Counted from the stretch's first letter, positions 29,252 to 40,595 are shown. The stretch: 64,000 nt of DNA from Candidatus Eiseniibacteriota bacterium (GCA_031370645.1 JANMQV010000151.1:1-64000); one strand, 5' to 3'. The notes: generated by a model from the letters alone, not told the origin. Translations and numbers: made by a program.

Positions 29252-29270
29252 TTCATCCGGGCGGGCGCGG

Positions 29271-29298
29271 TTGACAGGTCGCGTGGGACCGATAGGAT
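29271..29298 (+). promoter_or_regulatory. sigma70-type promoter TTGACA-N16-TAGGAT for the GT2 gene
   Basis: Back-to-back with the GH15 promoter. Confidence 0.5.
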
Positions 29299-29308
29299 GA
29301 GCGCCCCG

Positions 29309-30799
29309 ATGATGCTCCCGATTCTTCTCCGTTCGCCTCTGGCCGGCGACCTTCTCCTCACGCTCTATCTCCTCGTCTGGGTCGTACTCGCCGCGTTCGG
29401 AATTCATCGCCTCCATCTCGTTCGCCTCTACCGCCGCGGAGAGCGTGAGCGCCTTGTGGCGCCGCCTCCCGCGCCGCCGCGCGAATGGCCGCTCGTCACC
29501 GTGCAGTTGCCGGTCTACAACGAGCAGTACGTGGTGGAACGCCTGCTCGACGCCGCGGCTTCGCTCGACTATCCGCGCGACCGATTGGAAATCCAGCTGC
29601 TCGACGACTCGACCGACGCGACGACCGAGATCGCCGCCGCGCGAATCGCCGCGTGGCGAGCGCGCGGGACGAACGTCGTCCATCTTCGCCGGCCCGATCG
29701 CGCCGGCTTCAAGGCGGGTGCGCTTCAGGCCGGACTCGAATGCGCGTCGGGAGATCTCCTCGCCATTTTCGACGCCGACTTCGTGCCGCCCCCCACGTTC
29801 CTGCGCTCGCTCGTTCCGTATTTCCAGGACGGCGGGGTCGGCATGGTGCAATCGCGGTGGGAGCACCTGAACGAAACCTACTCGCTCCTCGCGCGCGCGC
29901 AGGCCATCTCCCTCGACGGTCATTTCCTCGTGGAGCATTCGGCGCGCATGGCGGGAGGTTCGTTCTTCAACTTCAACGGCACGGCCGGCATTCTTCGAAA
30001 GGCGTGCATTCGCGACGCGGGCGGCTGGCAGTCCGACACGCTGACGGAGGATCTCGATCTCTCCTACCGCGCGCAATTGAAGGGGTGGCGTTTCGTCTTC
30101 GCGCCGCACGTCGCCTGCCCGGCCGAACTCCCGGTTGAGATGAACGCCTTCAAGGCTCAGCAGCACCGCTGGGTGAAGGGCTCCATTCAGGTGGCTCGAA
30201 AACTCCTCCCGGTGATCTGGCGATCTCCCGCGCCGCTCTCCGTGAAGGTCGAAGCGACGTTTCATCTCACCTCCAACGTCGCCTACGTGGCGCTCCTCCT
30301 TCTCTCGATCATCGTCTATCCGGTCGTGCTCGAGCGCTACGAGAGCCGGAGCCTCTTCTTCACGATCGCCGACGCGCTCCTCTTTCTCACCGCCACCACC
30401 TCCACGCTCGTCTATTTCGGCGTCGCGCAGAACGATCTCCGCGGCGGCTGGAAGAAACGAATCCAGTACTTGCCGTTCGTCATGTCGCTCGGGATCGGGC
30501 TGGCGGTGAATAACACGCGGGCGGTGCTCGGAGCCTTGTTCGGGACGCGAGGCGCCTTCATCCGGACGCCCAAATTCCGGATCGCGTCGCGGAGCGATTC
30601 GTGGCGGAAGAAGCGCTATCGGGCGCCGGTTAACGGATGGGCGCTCCTCGAACTCGGGCTCGGCGGCTACTTCGCGTGGGCCATGGTGTCGCTCTACCAC
30701 GCGGCCCGCTTCGCTTCGATTCCGTTCTTCTTTCTCTACCTCTTCGGATTCCTCTACGTCGGCGTGCTCTCCGTGACGCACGCCTCCGTCCGCCGGTAG
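29309..30799 (+). CDS. Processive GT2, cellulose-synthase-like (CslA/glucomannan synthase-type); alternative start 29297
   Basis: VTVQLPVYNE, LDDSTD, GFKAGAL, FDAD, TLTEDLDL, QQHRW (QxxRW), flanking TMs. Confidence 0.9.
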   Translation: MMLPILLRSPLAGDLLLTLYLLVWVVLAAFGIHRLHLVRLYRRGERERLVAPPPAPPREWPLVTVQLPVYNEQYVVERLLDAAASLDYPRDRLEIQLLDDSTDATTEIAAARIAAWRARGTNVVHLRRPDRAGFKAGALQAGLECASGDLLAIFDADFVPPPTFLRSLVPYFQDGGVGMVQSRWEHLNETYSLLARAQAISLDGHFLVEHSARMAGGSFFNFNGTAGILRKACIRDAGGWQSDTLTEDLDLSYRAQLKGWRFVFAPHVACPAELPVEMNAFKAQQHRWVKGSIQVARKLLPVIWRSPAPLSVKVEATFHLTSNVAYVALLLLSIIVYPVVLERYESRSLFFTIADALLFLTATTSTLVYFGVAQNDLRGGWKKRIQYLPFVMSLGIGLAVNNTRAVLGALFGTRGAFIRTPKFRIASRSDSWRKKRYRAPVNGWALLELGLGGYFAWAMVSLYHAARFASIPFFFLYLFGFLYVGVLSVTHASVRR

Positions 30800-32049
30800 C
30801 GCTCCGCCCGGAGCGCCAGGGCCGCGCCAAGGGAGGCAGCCGCCCATCCACCGTACTCGACCCACGGAATCCAGGCCGGGAGCTCCCAGACGCCGGTGGC
30901 TCGCGAGGCGCCGAGCGCCGCGTAGGAGAGCGCGACCAATCCGCTGAAGAGAAGAAGGCCCGCCTCGGCGTGAAGCGGCAGGAGCGCGACCAATAACACG
31001 AGATACCAGGGATAGACGGTGGGGCTCGCGAGAATCCACGCGGTCAAGAGAAGGAGTGCCGCGCCCGTGAGAGTTCGCGCCCGCCAGGCGACGACAAGCG
31101 CCGCGACCGCGAGGAGTGCTAGGAGAATGGCGCGGGGAGACTCTCCCGTTTCGAAGTGCGGCCGGAGGAGCGCGTAGAGCGAGCCGTTGAATTCCCAGTT
31201 GCGGAGGTACGTCGCGAGCCCTGTCCAGAGCGCGCTGCCGGCGGAGAGGAACGGCACGAAGAGCGCGGCCGCGGCAACCGCCGCCACGGCAAGCGTCCGG
31301 AAAGCACGGCGCCGGATGAGCGCCGGGACGAGGAGGAGGGGCATATACTTCACGAGTACCGCCGAAGCGAACGCCGCGCCTGAGAGCCCCGGCCGTCCGC
31401 GCTCGTGAAGCGCGAGCGCGAAGAGAAGGAAGGCGGCGGCAGCCAGGTCGACGTGCCCGCTCCCAAAGCTCTCGACGATCACGAGCGGATTCCAGAAGTA
31501 GAGAAGGAGCCGCTCGGTGGGAAGTCCCCGCGCGCGCAGGAGCGAAGCGAGCGCGAGGAGAAGCAGCGCTTCGAGCGCCAGGAGCGTCGCCTTCCACGCC
31601 CAGGGCTCCGCGGCAAGCCGGGCCGTCGCGCCGAAAAGGACCTGCGCCATCGGCGGGTAGATCGTCGGGACGTCGGCGTGATTGAGGCGGGAGAGGAGCG
31701 CGTCGTGGTAGCGTGCAAGCGAGGGATCGGAGGGCGCATGCGGGAAGGGATTCACCCCTTCCGCCACGAGGCGCCCGTCCCAGAGGTAGCGATAGACGTC
31801 TTCAGAGAGTTTCGGTTCGAGCGGGAGCAAGAGGAGCCGCGGCAAAAGCCCGACCGCGAGGAGAAGCGGGAGCCTCAGGCGCGCGCCGCGCCGCAAGACG
31901 AGCCAAGCGCCGACAAGATAGAACGCATGCGCCGCCAGCCACGGAACGAGGAGCTGGGCCGCGCGTGAACCGTCCGCGAGTCCGGCGGCGGCCGTGAGGG
32001 CCGCCGAGGCGACGCCGACGAAGAGGAGCGTCCGTTCAAGATGACTCAA
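30754..32049 (-). CDS. GT87/DUF2029-like membrane glycosyltransferase (GT-C)
   Basis: LSEDVYRYLWDG, NPF..AP, TIYPP, WNPL…GSGHVD, WEFNGS, PTVYPWY. Confidence 0.85.
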   Translation of the reverse strand: MSHLERTLLFVGVASAALTAAAGLADGSRAAQLLVPWLAAHAFYLVGAWLVLRRGARLRLPLLLAVGLLPRLLLLPLEPKLSEDVYRYLWDGRLVAEGVNPFPHAPSDPSLARYHDALLSRLNHADVPTIYPPMAQVLFGATARLAAEPWAWKATLLALEALLLLALASLLRARGLPTERLLLYFWNPLVIVESFGSGHVDLAAAAFLLFALALHERGRPGLSGAAFASAVLVKYMPLLLVPALIRRRAFRTLAVAAVAAAALFVPFLSAGSALWTGLATYLRNWEFNGSLYALLRPHFETGESPRAILLALLAVAALVVAWRARTLTGAALLLLTAWILASPTVYPWYLVLLVALLPLHAEAGLLLFSGLVALSYAALGASRATGVWELPAWIPWVEYGGWAAASLGAALALRAERYRRTEACVTESTPT

Positions 32050-33162
32050 TCAGGCCGCGATTCTAAGAAGCGCCCGCCCGCGGGTCAACGCGCTCCGGCG
32101 GAGCTCGCTTCGACCGACCCGGAGGTGCGAGGCCTCTGGGAGTTCGATTCCGCGGGCCCCGAATCGACGGAGGAGGCGCGCGCCCGAAAGCGCGAGGTCG
32201 CCCGGGAGCGGCGGTCGGTCGTCCAGAATCTCATCGGCGTGAGCGCTCGGATGCAGCGGGTCTTCCGATTGATCGAGAAGGTCGCGCCCACCGACAGCTC
32301 GGTGCTCCTCACGGGCGAGAGCGGAACCGGGAAGGAAATGGCCGCCGCCGCCATCCACCTCTCGAGCCACCGCGCGCACCGCCCCTTCGTGACCGTGAAC
32401 TGCGCTGCCATCACCGAATCGCTCTTCGAAAGCGAACTCTTCGGGCACGTGCGCGGCGCCTTCACGGGCGCCGTCTCGGATCGCGTCGGTCTCATGAAAC
32501 AGGCCGACGGAGGCACGCTCTTCCTCGACGAGGTGGCGGAGATGGTGCCGGGGGTCCAGGTAAAGCTCCTCCGGGCGCTCCAGAATGGAGAGGTTCGCCG
32601 CGTGGGGGGAACCGAGACGTTCCGTGTCGACGTTCGGATCGTCGCCGCGACCAACGTCGACGTGCGAAAAGCGCTCGCCGACGGGAAGCTGCGCGAGGAT
32701 CTCTACTACCGGCTCAGCGTCTTTCACATCGAATTGCCGCCGCTTCGGGAGCGTCGCGAGGACATTCCGATCCTGGCGAACTTTTTCCGCGAACGAGCCG
32801 CCGCGAGGTTGGGGAAGAGAGTCGAGCGCTTCAGCGAGCGGGCGCAGTACTACCTCCTCCACTACGACTATCCCGGCAACGTGCGGGAATTGCTGAACGG
32901 CGTCGAACGGGCCACGGTCCTGGCCGACGGGCCCGAGATCAGCCACCTCGACCTCCCTCCTTCATTTCGGGAGGCACCGATCCAACTACTTCACGAGGGG
33001 ACCGCCTTTCCGTACGCGGAAACCATGACGCTCGCTCAGTTGGAGAGGGAGCACATCTCCCGCGTCCTCGTTCACCACGCCGGCAACAGCACGAAGGCAG
33101 CCAAGAGCCTCGGGATTTCACGTTCCACTCTCTGGCGAAAAATGAGAGACTATCGAATATAG
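32041..33162 (+). CDS. sigma54 enhancer-binding protein lacking an N-terminal sensory domain (start uncertain, possibly GTG 32125)
   Basis: GESGTGKE, ESELFGHVRGAFTGA, FLDEVAE, YPGNVREL, HTH LGISRSTLWRK; at most ~60 aa precede the AAA+ domain. Confidence 0.9.
   Translation: MTQSGRDSKKRPPAGQRAPAELASTDPEVRGLWEFDSAGPESTEEARARKREVARERRSVVQNLIGVSARMQRVFRLIEKVAPTDSSVLLTGESGTGKEMAAAAIHLSSHRAHRPFVTVNCAAITESLFESELFGHVRGAFTGAVSDRVGLMKQADGGTLFLDEVAEMVPGVQVKLLRALQNGEVRRVGGTETFRVDVRIVAATNVDVRKALADGKLREDLYYRLSVFHIELPPLRERREDIPILANFFRERAAARLGKRVERFSERAQYYLLHYDYPGNVRELLNGVERATVLADGPEISHLDLPPSFREAPIQLLHEGTAFPYAETMTLAQLEREHISRVLVHHAGNSTKAAKSLGISRSTLWRKMRDYRI
32060..32088 (-). promoter_or_regulatory. sigma70-type promoter TTGACC-N17-TAGAAT for GT87
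   Basis: Minus strand 32088-32083 and 32065-32060, 10 nt before TTG 32049. Confidence 0.65.
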
Positions 33163-33163
33163 G

Positions 33164-33222
33164 TGATCCATATTGAAACTATAATGCGCTTCGAAATGGA
33201 ACAATTGATACGGTTTGGAACA
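33164..33222. promoter_or_regulatory. Three degenerate 17-bp elements (TG.TCC-N5-GGAACA-like), putative upstream activator sequences
   Basis: TGATCCATATTGAAACT (33164-33180), CGCTTCGAAATGGAACA (33187-33203), TGATACGGTTTGGAACA (33206-33222) in an AT-rich gap upstream of a sigma54 promoter. Confidence 0.5.
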
Positions 33223-33288
33223 GCCTCTAGCGCGCGATATAATCCGCTAAATCGCTGTTAATATTACAAATAATCAATGCCAAGAGAG

Positions 33289-33304
33289 TGGCACGTTGGG
33301 TGCA
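33289..33304 (+). promoter_or_regulatory. sigma54 (-24/-12) promoter TGGCACGTTGGGTGCA for hsp20-dnaK
   Basis: TGGCACG at -24 and GG-N10-GC spacing (GG 33290-91, GC 33302-03). Confidence 0.85.
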
Positions 33305-33377
33305 ATACCCCTCCAGCGAGTTACCGGCGAGGCCACGATGGCCGCGCCCTAGTCACCACCACGCAGGAGGAATTACC

Positions 33378-33821
33378 ATGACGCTCGTACGCTGGAACCC
33401 GGTCCGGGAAATGCTCACCCTCGAAAGCGAAATGGGTCGCCTCTTTCACGGTCTCCCCGGCGGCACTCCCGAAGCCGAGACTTCGGCGCCCTGGTCGCCC
33501 CGCGTCGATATCGAAGAGGGGCGCGAAGGATATGTCGTGAAGGCGGAGCTCCCGGGCATCAAGCTCGAGGACATCAAGATCACGGTCGCCGACAATCGCC
33601 TCGTCATTCAGGGCGAGAGGCGGCGCGAAGCCGAAAAGAACGACACCGCCTATCATCGCGTGGAGCGGATCTACGGCGCCTTCGAGCGCGCGTTCACCCT
33701 CCCGAAGGCGGTGGCCGCGGACAAGATCGAGGCGATCTACCGCGAGGGCGTCCTCGAGGTTCGCGTTCCGAAGGCCGAGGAGGCCAAGGCCCGCGAGATC
33801 CAGATCAAGATCGAGAAGTAA
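33378..33821 (+). CDS. Small heat-shock protein (Hsp20/alpha-crystallin)
   Basis: AGGAGG RBS; MTLVRWNP, WSPRVDI, ELPG, ER.YGAFER.F.LP, GVLEVRVPK. Confidence 0.95.
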   Translation: MTLVRWNPVREMLTLESEMGRLFHGLPGGTPEAETSAPWSPRVDIEEGREGYVVKAELPGIKLEDIKITVADNRLVIQGERRREAEKNDTAYHRVERIYGAFERAFTLPKAVAADKIEAIYREGVLEVRVPKAEEAKAREIQIKIEK

Positions 33822-33870
33822 CGGAATCGACCGCGGCTCGGCATCGTGCCGGCCGCGAGATGAAGTCTGA

Positions 33871-33901
33871 CGCGCGGAGGGGCCCTGGGCCCCTCTGCGT
33901 G
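33871..33901 (+). other. Strong GC hairpin between hsp20 and dnaK, just 5' of the dnaK SD
   Basis: CGCGCGGAGGGGCC-CTG-GGCCCCTCTGCGTG, 14-bp stem with two G-U pairs. Confidence 0.7.
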
Positions 33902-33915
33902 CAACGGAGGGAGCA

Positions 33916-35865
33916 ATGGGAAAGATCATCGGCATTGACCTTGGCACCACGAACTCGTGCGTCGCCGTGATGGAAGGCGGAGAGCCGGTCGTGATCGCAA
34001 ACGCCGAGGGAAATCGCACGACTCCCTCCATCGTGGCGTTCACGAAGAGCGGCGAGCGGCTGGTGGGACAGGTCGCGAAGCGGCAGGCGGTCACCAATCC
34101 GCAGAATACCGTCTATTCGGCCAAGCGCTTCATGGGCCGGAAGTACTCGGAGATTTCGACCGAGGCGAAGAACGTCCCCTACACGGTGAAGGACGCGAAG
34201 GGCGGCGGCGTTGAAATCCCGCTCGGCGACAAGTCGTACAGCCCGCCCGAGATCTCCGCGATGATTCTCCAGAAGATGAAGCAGACGGCGGAAGACTATC
34301 TCGGCGAGCCGGTGACCGAAGCGGTCATCACGGTCCCGGCCTATTTCAACGACGCGCAGCGGCAGGCCACGAAGGATGCCGGGCGGATCGCGGGCCTCGA
34401 GGTGAAGCGAATCATCAATGAGCCGACCGCGGCGGCGCTTGCCTACGGGCTCGACAAGAAGAAGGACGAAAAGATCGCCGTCTACGACTTGGGCGGCGGC
34501 ACCTATGACATTTCGATTCTCGAACTCGGAGACGGCGTCTTCGAGGTGAAGTCGACCAACGGCGATACGCACCTAGGCGGCGACGACTTCGACAAGAAGG
34601 TCATCGACTGGCTCGCCGCGGAGTTTCAGAAGACGGAGGGAATCGACCTTCGGAAGGACCCGATGGCGCTCCAGCGGCTGAAGGAGGCCGCGGAGAAAGC
34701 GAAGATCGAGCTTTCGACCGTCATGCAGACCGACGTGAACCTGCCGTTCATCACGGCCGACGCGACCGGTCCGAAGCATTTGAACGTGACGCTCTCGCGC
34801 GCCAAGTACGAGGCGCTCGTCGACGACCTGATCGAGCGGACGATCGGCCCCATGGAGCGGGCGCTGGCGGACGCGGGGATCAAGGCCTCTGAAGTCGACG
34901 AGGTGATCCTGGTCGGAGGCGCGACGCGCACGCCGAAGGTGCAGGAGATCGTGAAGAAGTTCTTCGGCGGGAAAGAGCCGCACCGCGGCGTGAATCCCGA
35001 CGAGGTGGTGGCGATCGGCGCGGCCATTCAGGGCGGCGTCCTCGGCGGCAGCGTGAAGGACGTGCTCCTTCTCGACGTGACGCCGCTTTCGCTCGGCATT
35101 GAAACGCTGGGCGGCGTGGGCACGAAGCTGATCGAGCGAAACACCACGATCCCGACCAAGAAGAGCGAGACCTTTTCGACCGCTTCGGACAGCCAGCCGC
35201 AGGTGGAAATCCACGTGCTGCAGGGCGAGCGTCCAATGGCGATCGACAACAAGACGATCGGCCGCTTCCAACTGACCGGCATTCCGCCGGCGCCGCGGGG
35301 CATTCCGCAGATCGAGGTGACGTTCGACATCGACGCGAACGGCATCCTCCACGTCTCGGCCCGCGACAAGGCGACCGGCAAGGAGCAGAAGATTCGCATC
35401 GAGGCCTCGAGCGGACTCTCCGAGCAGGAGATCCAGAAGATGGTGAAGGACGCCGAGTCGCATGCGGACGAGGACAAGGAACGCCGCGAGCAGATCGAGG
35501 TGAAGAACCGCGGCGATGCCCTGGCCTGGGAGACCGAGAAGCAGCTGAAGGAACTCGGCGACAAGGTGGACGCCGAGTCGAAGGCGAAGGTCGAAGGCGC
35601 GCTCGAGACGCTGAAGAAGGCGCTCGAGCGGAACGACACGGCCGAGATCAAGTCGGGGAGCGAGGAGCTCTCGACGATCTGGAATGACGTCTCGGCGAAG
35701 CTCTATGCCGACGCGGCGAAGGCCGGCGGCGCGGGCGGTCCCGAGATGGGCGGCCCGGAAGGCCCCGGCCCCGGTCACAATCCGGCCGGCGAGCCGGGCG
35801 CGTCCGGAAAGAAGGACGGCGGCGAGGACGGCGCGGTGGACGCGGATTACGAGGTGGTGAAGTAG
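33916..35865 (+). CDS. dnaK: Molecular chaperone DnaK
   Basis: [33 protein letters not shown]-terminal DADYEVVK. Confidence 0.99.
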   Translation: MGKIIGIDLGTTNSCVAVMEGGEPVVIANAEGNRTTPSIVAFTKSGERLVGQVAKRQAVTNPQNTVYSAKRFMGRKYSEISTEAKNVPYTVKDAKGGGVEIPLGDKSYSPPEISAMILQKMKQTAEDYLGEPVTEAVITVPAYFNDAQRQATKDAGRIAGLEVKRIINEPTAAALAYGLDKKKDEKIAVYDLGGGTYDISILELGDGVFEVKSTNGDTHLGGDDFDKKVIDWLAAEFQKTEGIDLRKDPMALQRLKEAAEKAKIELSTVMQTDVNLPFITADATGPKHLNVTLSRAKYEALVDDLIERTIGPMERALADAGIKASEVDEVILVGGATRTPKVQEIVKKFFGGKEPHRGVNPDEVVAIGAAIQGGVLGGSVKDVLLLDVTPLSLGIETLGGVGTKLIERNTTIPTKKSETFSTASDSQPQVEIHVLQGERPMAIDNKTIGRFQLTGIPPAPRGIPQIEVTFDIDANGILHVSARDKATGKEQKIRIEASSGLSEQEIQKMVKDAESHADEDKERREQIEVKNRGDALAWETEKQLKELGDKVDAESKAKVEGALETLKKALERNDTAEIKSGSEELSTIWNDVSAKLYADAAKAGGAGGPEMGGPEGPGPGHNPAGEPGASGKKDGGEDGAVDADYEVVK

Positions 35866-35902
35866 GGACGCCGCCGATCCAGCCATTGAGAATCGAGATA
35901 TC

Positions 35903-35936
35903 CCGCCCCGGCAGGGAAACCCGCCGGGGCGGTCTT
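35903..35936 (+). terminator. Hairpin terminator after dnaK
   Basis: CCGCCCCGGC(A)GGG-AAA-CCCGCCGGGGCGG followed by TCTT. Confidence 0.7.
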
Positions 35937-35969
35937 GCATTCAAGTCCCACCGGCTCCGCGAATTCGTA

Positions 35970-35991
35970 ATTCAAACGAGATTCAAACGAG
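35970..35991. repeat. 2 x 11-bp tandem direct repeat ATTCAAACGAG upstream of msrA
   Basis: Exact copies at 35970-35980 and 35981-35991. Confidence 0.8.
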
Positions 35992-36105
35992 CGGAGACAA
36001 ACCTCTCGAAAAACCCGAACCCGGACGCCGCGGCACGGCGTCCAACCTACGTCGGAGTCGTCGCCGCCGCGCGGGAACTCCGGTCCTCGAAAGGAGCCGA
36101 ATTCC

Positions 36106-36591
36106 ATGAAGGCCGTCACCCTCCAAAAAGCAACCTTCGCCGCCGGCTGTTTCTGGGGTGTCGAAGAGACGTTTCGCCAGACCCGTGGCGTCATCGGCAC
36201 GGCGGTCGGCTACGTCGGAGGCAAATCGACCGAGCCGACGTACGAGCAAGTCTGTTCGGGACGGACGGGACACGCCGAGGCCGTCGAGGTGACGTTCGAC
36301 CCGTCGGTCGTGACCTACGAGGCGATGCTCAAAATCTTCTGGGAGAACCACGATCCGACGACCCTCAATCGCCAGGGTCCGGACATTGGGGAGCAGTATC
36401 GTTCCGCCATCTTCGTACATTCGCCGGAGCAGGAAGCCTCGGCGAAGATTTCGAAGGCGAGCCTGGAAGCGTCGGGGCAATTCCGACGGCCGATCGTGAC
36501 GCAGATCGTGCCGGCCACGACCTTCTGGCGCGCCGAGGAATACCATCAGCAGTATCTCGCGAAGCGAGGTGCCCGCTCCTGTCACATCTAG
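36106..36591 (+). CDS. msrA: Peptide-methionine (S)-S-oxide reductase
   Basis: [40 protein letters not shown]. Confidence 0.98.
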   Translation: MKAVTLQKATFAAGCFWGVEETFRQTRGVIGTAVGYVGGKSTEPTYEQVCSGRTGHAEAVEVTFDPSVVTYEAMLKIFWENHDPTTLNRQGPDIGEQYRSAIFVHSPEQEASAKISKASLEASGQFRRPIVTQIVPATTFWRAEEYHQQYLAKRGARSCHI

Positions 36592-36783
36592 GAGCGGTTT
36601 GAAGGAGTGAGTATTGAAGTAGCGGTACAAGGGGCGAAAACGCGGCGCCTGCTCAGGCACTCCCCATCTTTAGTACAGCGCCGCGTCTAGCCCCGTCCAA
36701 TTTCCCGAAGCCGATTCCCTCCCCACGTCGTCCTCGCCGGCAGCCCACCGGCTCACGACCGATCGCCTCATCGCCTCCGCGCC

Positions 36784-37842
36784 TCATCGCCGTCGCGGAA
36801 TCTTGTGGGCGGTGACGGGGAGGCGTCTGCGCCCGGCGAACGGCATCTGGACCAGCGCCACGGCGAGCACGAGCGCGATGTGCGCGGCGAAATAGCGAAG
36901 AAGGATCGACAGGGCGGGGGCAGGGTGCTCGGCGTTCGACCCGAAGAGGTATTGAATGACGGAGATGACGTATCCGTTTCGAACGACGTTCGACGTGGTT
37001 CCCAGCGTGAAAGCCCAGAGGCCGAGTGGAAGGCCGAGCGTGACCACGATCGCCACGCCCACGAGATTCGCCCGAACGCGCATCGCCGCGGCGAGACTCG
37101 AAGCGCTGGTCGAGAGGTTCAGGAACCAGATGCCGAGCCAGAAACTCGAAAGAAGGGTTCCGCCTCCCGCCATCAGGTCGACGATGCTGTCGGTGGGCGC
37201 CCGGCGGATGACGAAGACGTGCGACAAACTCAGAAGGAGTGCCGCCGCCACGCACCAGCGGGCCAGCGCCTCGCGGTCGGGGTCCACCTGCGGTCCGACA
37301 ATGGAAGCGGCGAGATGCGCGCCCCCGACGAAGAGCACGGAGACGCAGCCGAAGAGCGCGAGGAAGCGTCCCATGATCTCGAGATCGCCGCCCCAGTGAA
37401 AGATCGGCGTTCCGACGACGTGGTGGATCGTCTCCAACGGTGCGGTGGCGCTCAATCCCGACCAGACGACGAGCGCGTGGCTGAAGACGAAGAGGGGAAG
37501 GAGGAAGGTTCGGTCCCACCCTCCACGGGAGCACCAACGAGCAAAGAAGATCGGCGGGGCGAACGCGGCGAAAACGCCGAGGGGGAGGCCGAACACCACG
37601 AGGGCGCCGCCCCTGGCGAAGAAGTCGTGCACGTAGGGGGGAACCGCTTTCGTGGTAGCGGCGAGCATCGAAGCCCCTAGAAGGAGCGCGTAGACCAGAA
37701 ACGATCGGAAGAACATCTTCCCGATCTGGTTCGACCGCCTCGATCGAGAGTGACGCCGTCCCAACGCCGCGCTGACGGGGGACTGCGCCGCTGGATCCGC
37801 GGCTACCGGCTCCCCACTCACCCCTGTCGAATCCATCGACAT
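36784..37842 (-). CDS. Uncharacterised polytopic membrane protein
   Basis: ATG 37842 with GGAGG upstream; about 8-9 hydrophobic segments. Confidence 0.7.
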   Translation of the reverse strand: MSMDSTGVSGEPVAADPAAQSPVSAALGRRHSRSRRSNQIGKMFFRSFLVYALLLGASMLAATTKAVPPYVHDFFARGGALVVFGLPLGVFAAFAPPIFFARWCSRGGWDRTFLLPLFVFSHALVVWSGLSATAPLETIHHVVGTPIFHWGGDLEIMGRFLALFGCVSVLFVGGAHLAASIVGPQVDPDREALARWCVAAALLLSLSHVFVIRRAPTDSIVDLMAGGGTLLSSFWLGIWFLNLSTSASSLAAAMRVRANLVGVAIVVTLGLPLGLWAFTLGTTSNVVRNGYVISVIQYLFGSNAEHPAPALSILLRYFAAHIALVLAVALVQMPFAGRRRLPVTAHKIPRRR

Positions 37843-38085
37843 CCGCCCGCCCTCCAATTCCGTGGCCGCATCCCGCCCCTCGCGGTGCCGCCGACCGGGC
37901 GCATGCCCCGGAAGTGACGCCGCCGCCGCCGCATGGAAGCACAACCAGGCCCCCGGACGCCAGCCCCGGGCTTCTTTTCCGCTAAGCAATCGGCTGAAAC
38001 GGGCCGATATCCCTCACGTCACGGCGGGTCGCCATCGGCGGCCTGGCGCCACGGGGGCGCCGCCGCCGTAGGGGGTAACTGCTCG

Positions 38086-39561
<1,476 letters not shown>

Positions 39562-39618
39562 ACCCCCCCTCGCCCCGCCGTTACCCCGAAGAGGCCGAAC
39601 TCCTCGCGGGGGCTTCGC

Positions 39619-39647
39619 TTGACACGATTCGGCCCCGCCCGTAGCCT
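39619..39647 (+). promoter_or_regulatory. sigma70-type promoter TTGACA-N17-TAGCCT
   Basis: Upstream of the ECF sigma gene. Confidence 0.6.
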
Positions 39648-39714
39648 TTCTCGGTAGCCTCCAAAGAATAGCGAACCCAATCCCACCCCCGACGCGTCTC
39701 TAATCGAGGCAACA

Positions 39715-40326
39715 GTGGCCCAGGAGCTGAAAGCTGTTCCGGACGAAATGCTCGTGCGCCGCTCCCAAGCGGACGACGATCGGGCATTTGGCGAACTGCT
39801 GGAACGGTACGAGACGAAGGTCTACAGCCTGGCCCTGAAGATGCTGCGCAATCCCGAGGACGCCGAGGACGTGCTGCAGGACACCTTCCTCCGGGCCTAC
39901 CGCGGCATCAAGTCGTTCAAGGGGAATTCGACGTTTTCCACCTGGATCTACCGCATCACCGCCAACTCGGCGTTGATGAAGCTCCGGAAGAAGCAACTCC
40001 CGACGGTCTCGATCGACGACGCGGACGAGCGCGAGACGCCGATCAACATCGCGGACTGGGCCCCCGGCCCGGTGGAGCAACTCTTGAACGAGGAGACGCG
40101 GCAAGCCATGAGCGACGCGATCGACGCCCTCCCCGCTGAATTCCGACAGGTATTCGTTCTGAGGGATGTGGAGGGGTTGTCGAACGCGGACGCCGCCGAG
40201 ATTCTCGATCTCTCCGTGGCGGCGGTGAAGTCCCGTCTCCATCGCGCGCGGCTGAAGGTGCGGAATCACCTCGCTCACTTCTTCAACGACACGCGCGGTC
40301 GGCGGACGATGGGAGCCCGCTCATGA
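39715..40326 (+). CDS. ECF sigma-70 factor
   Basis: DAEDVLQDTFLRAY, STFSTWIYRI, VKSRLHRAR. Confidence 0.95.
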   Translation: MAQELKAVPDEMLVRRSQADDDRAFGELLERYETKVYSLALKMLRNPEDAEDVLQDTFLRAYRGIKSFKGNSTFSTWIYRITANSALMKLRKKQLPTVSIDDADERETPINIADWAPGPVEQLLNEETRQAMSDAIDALPAEFRQVFVLRDVEGLSNADAAEILDLSVAAVKSRLHRARLKVRNHLAHFFNDTRGRRTMGARS

Positions 40327-40595
40327 TGTCGTGCAAGGACGTCCTCGATTCGATGTCTCTCTACCTGGACGAGGAACTGAAGCAGGACATCGTAGTCGAG
40401 ATGCAGCGTCACATCGGGAAGTGCTCCGACTGCAGAGCCGAGTTCGATACCCTCACGATGACGCTCAAGCTCTACCGACACGACGAAACCCCGCAGATGC
40501 CCGCCGGATGCCACGACCGCCTCATCAAGGTCCTCCAGATCGAGACGATGCGGGAGAAGCAGCCCGACGTGGACCCGGACCCGACGAAGGCCTAA
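40323..40595 (+). CDS. Soluble zinc-binding anti-sigma factor (zf-HC2/ZAS)
   Basis: C…YLDEEL…HIGKCSDC (HxxxCxxC); ATGA-coupled to the ECF; no TM. Confidence 0.9.
   Translation: MMSCKDVLDSMSLYLDEELKQDIVVEMQRHIGKCSDCRAEFDTLTMTLKLYRHDETPQMPAGCHDRLIKVLQIETMREKQPDVDPDPTKA

Noticed and set aside
33163-33290. AT-rich segment as a mobile-element remnant or CRISPR leader
   Set aside because: No repeat-spacer array or transposase nearby; composition is explained by UAS and sigma54 promoter architecture
34573-35940. 455-aa ORF antisense to dnaK (also 33805-34572)
   Set aside because: Well-known shadow ORF opposite dnaK produced by codon bias in GC-rich genomes
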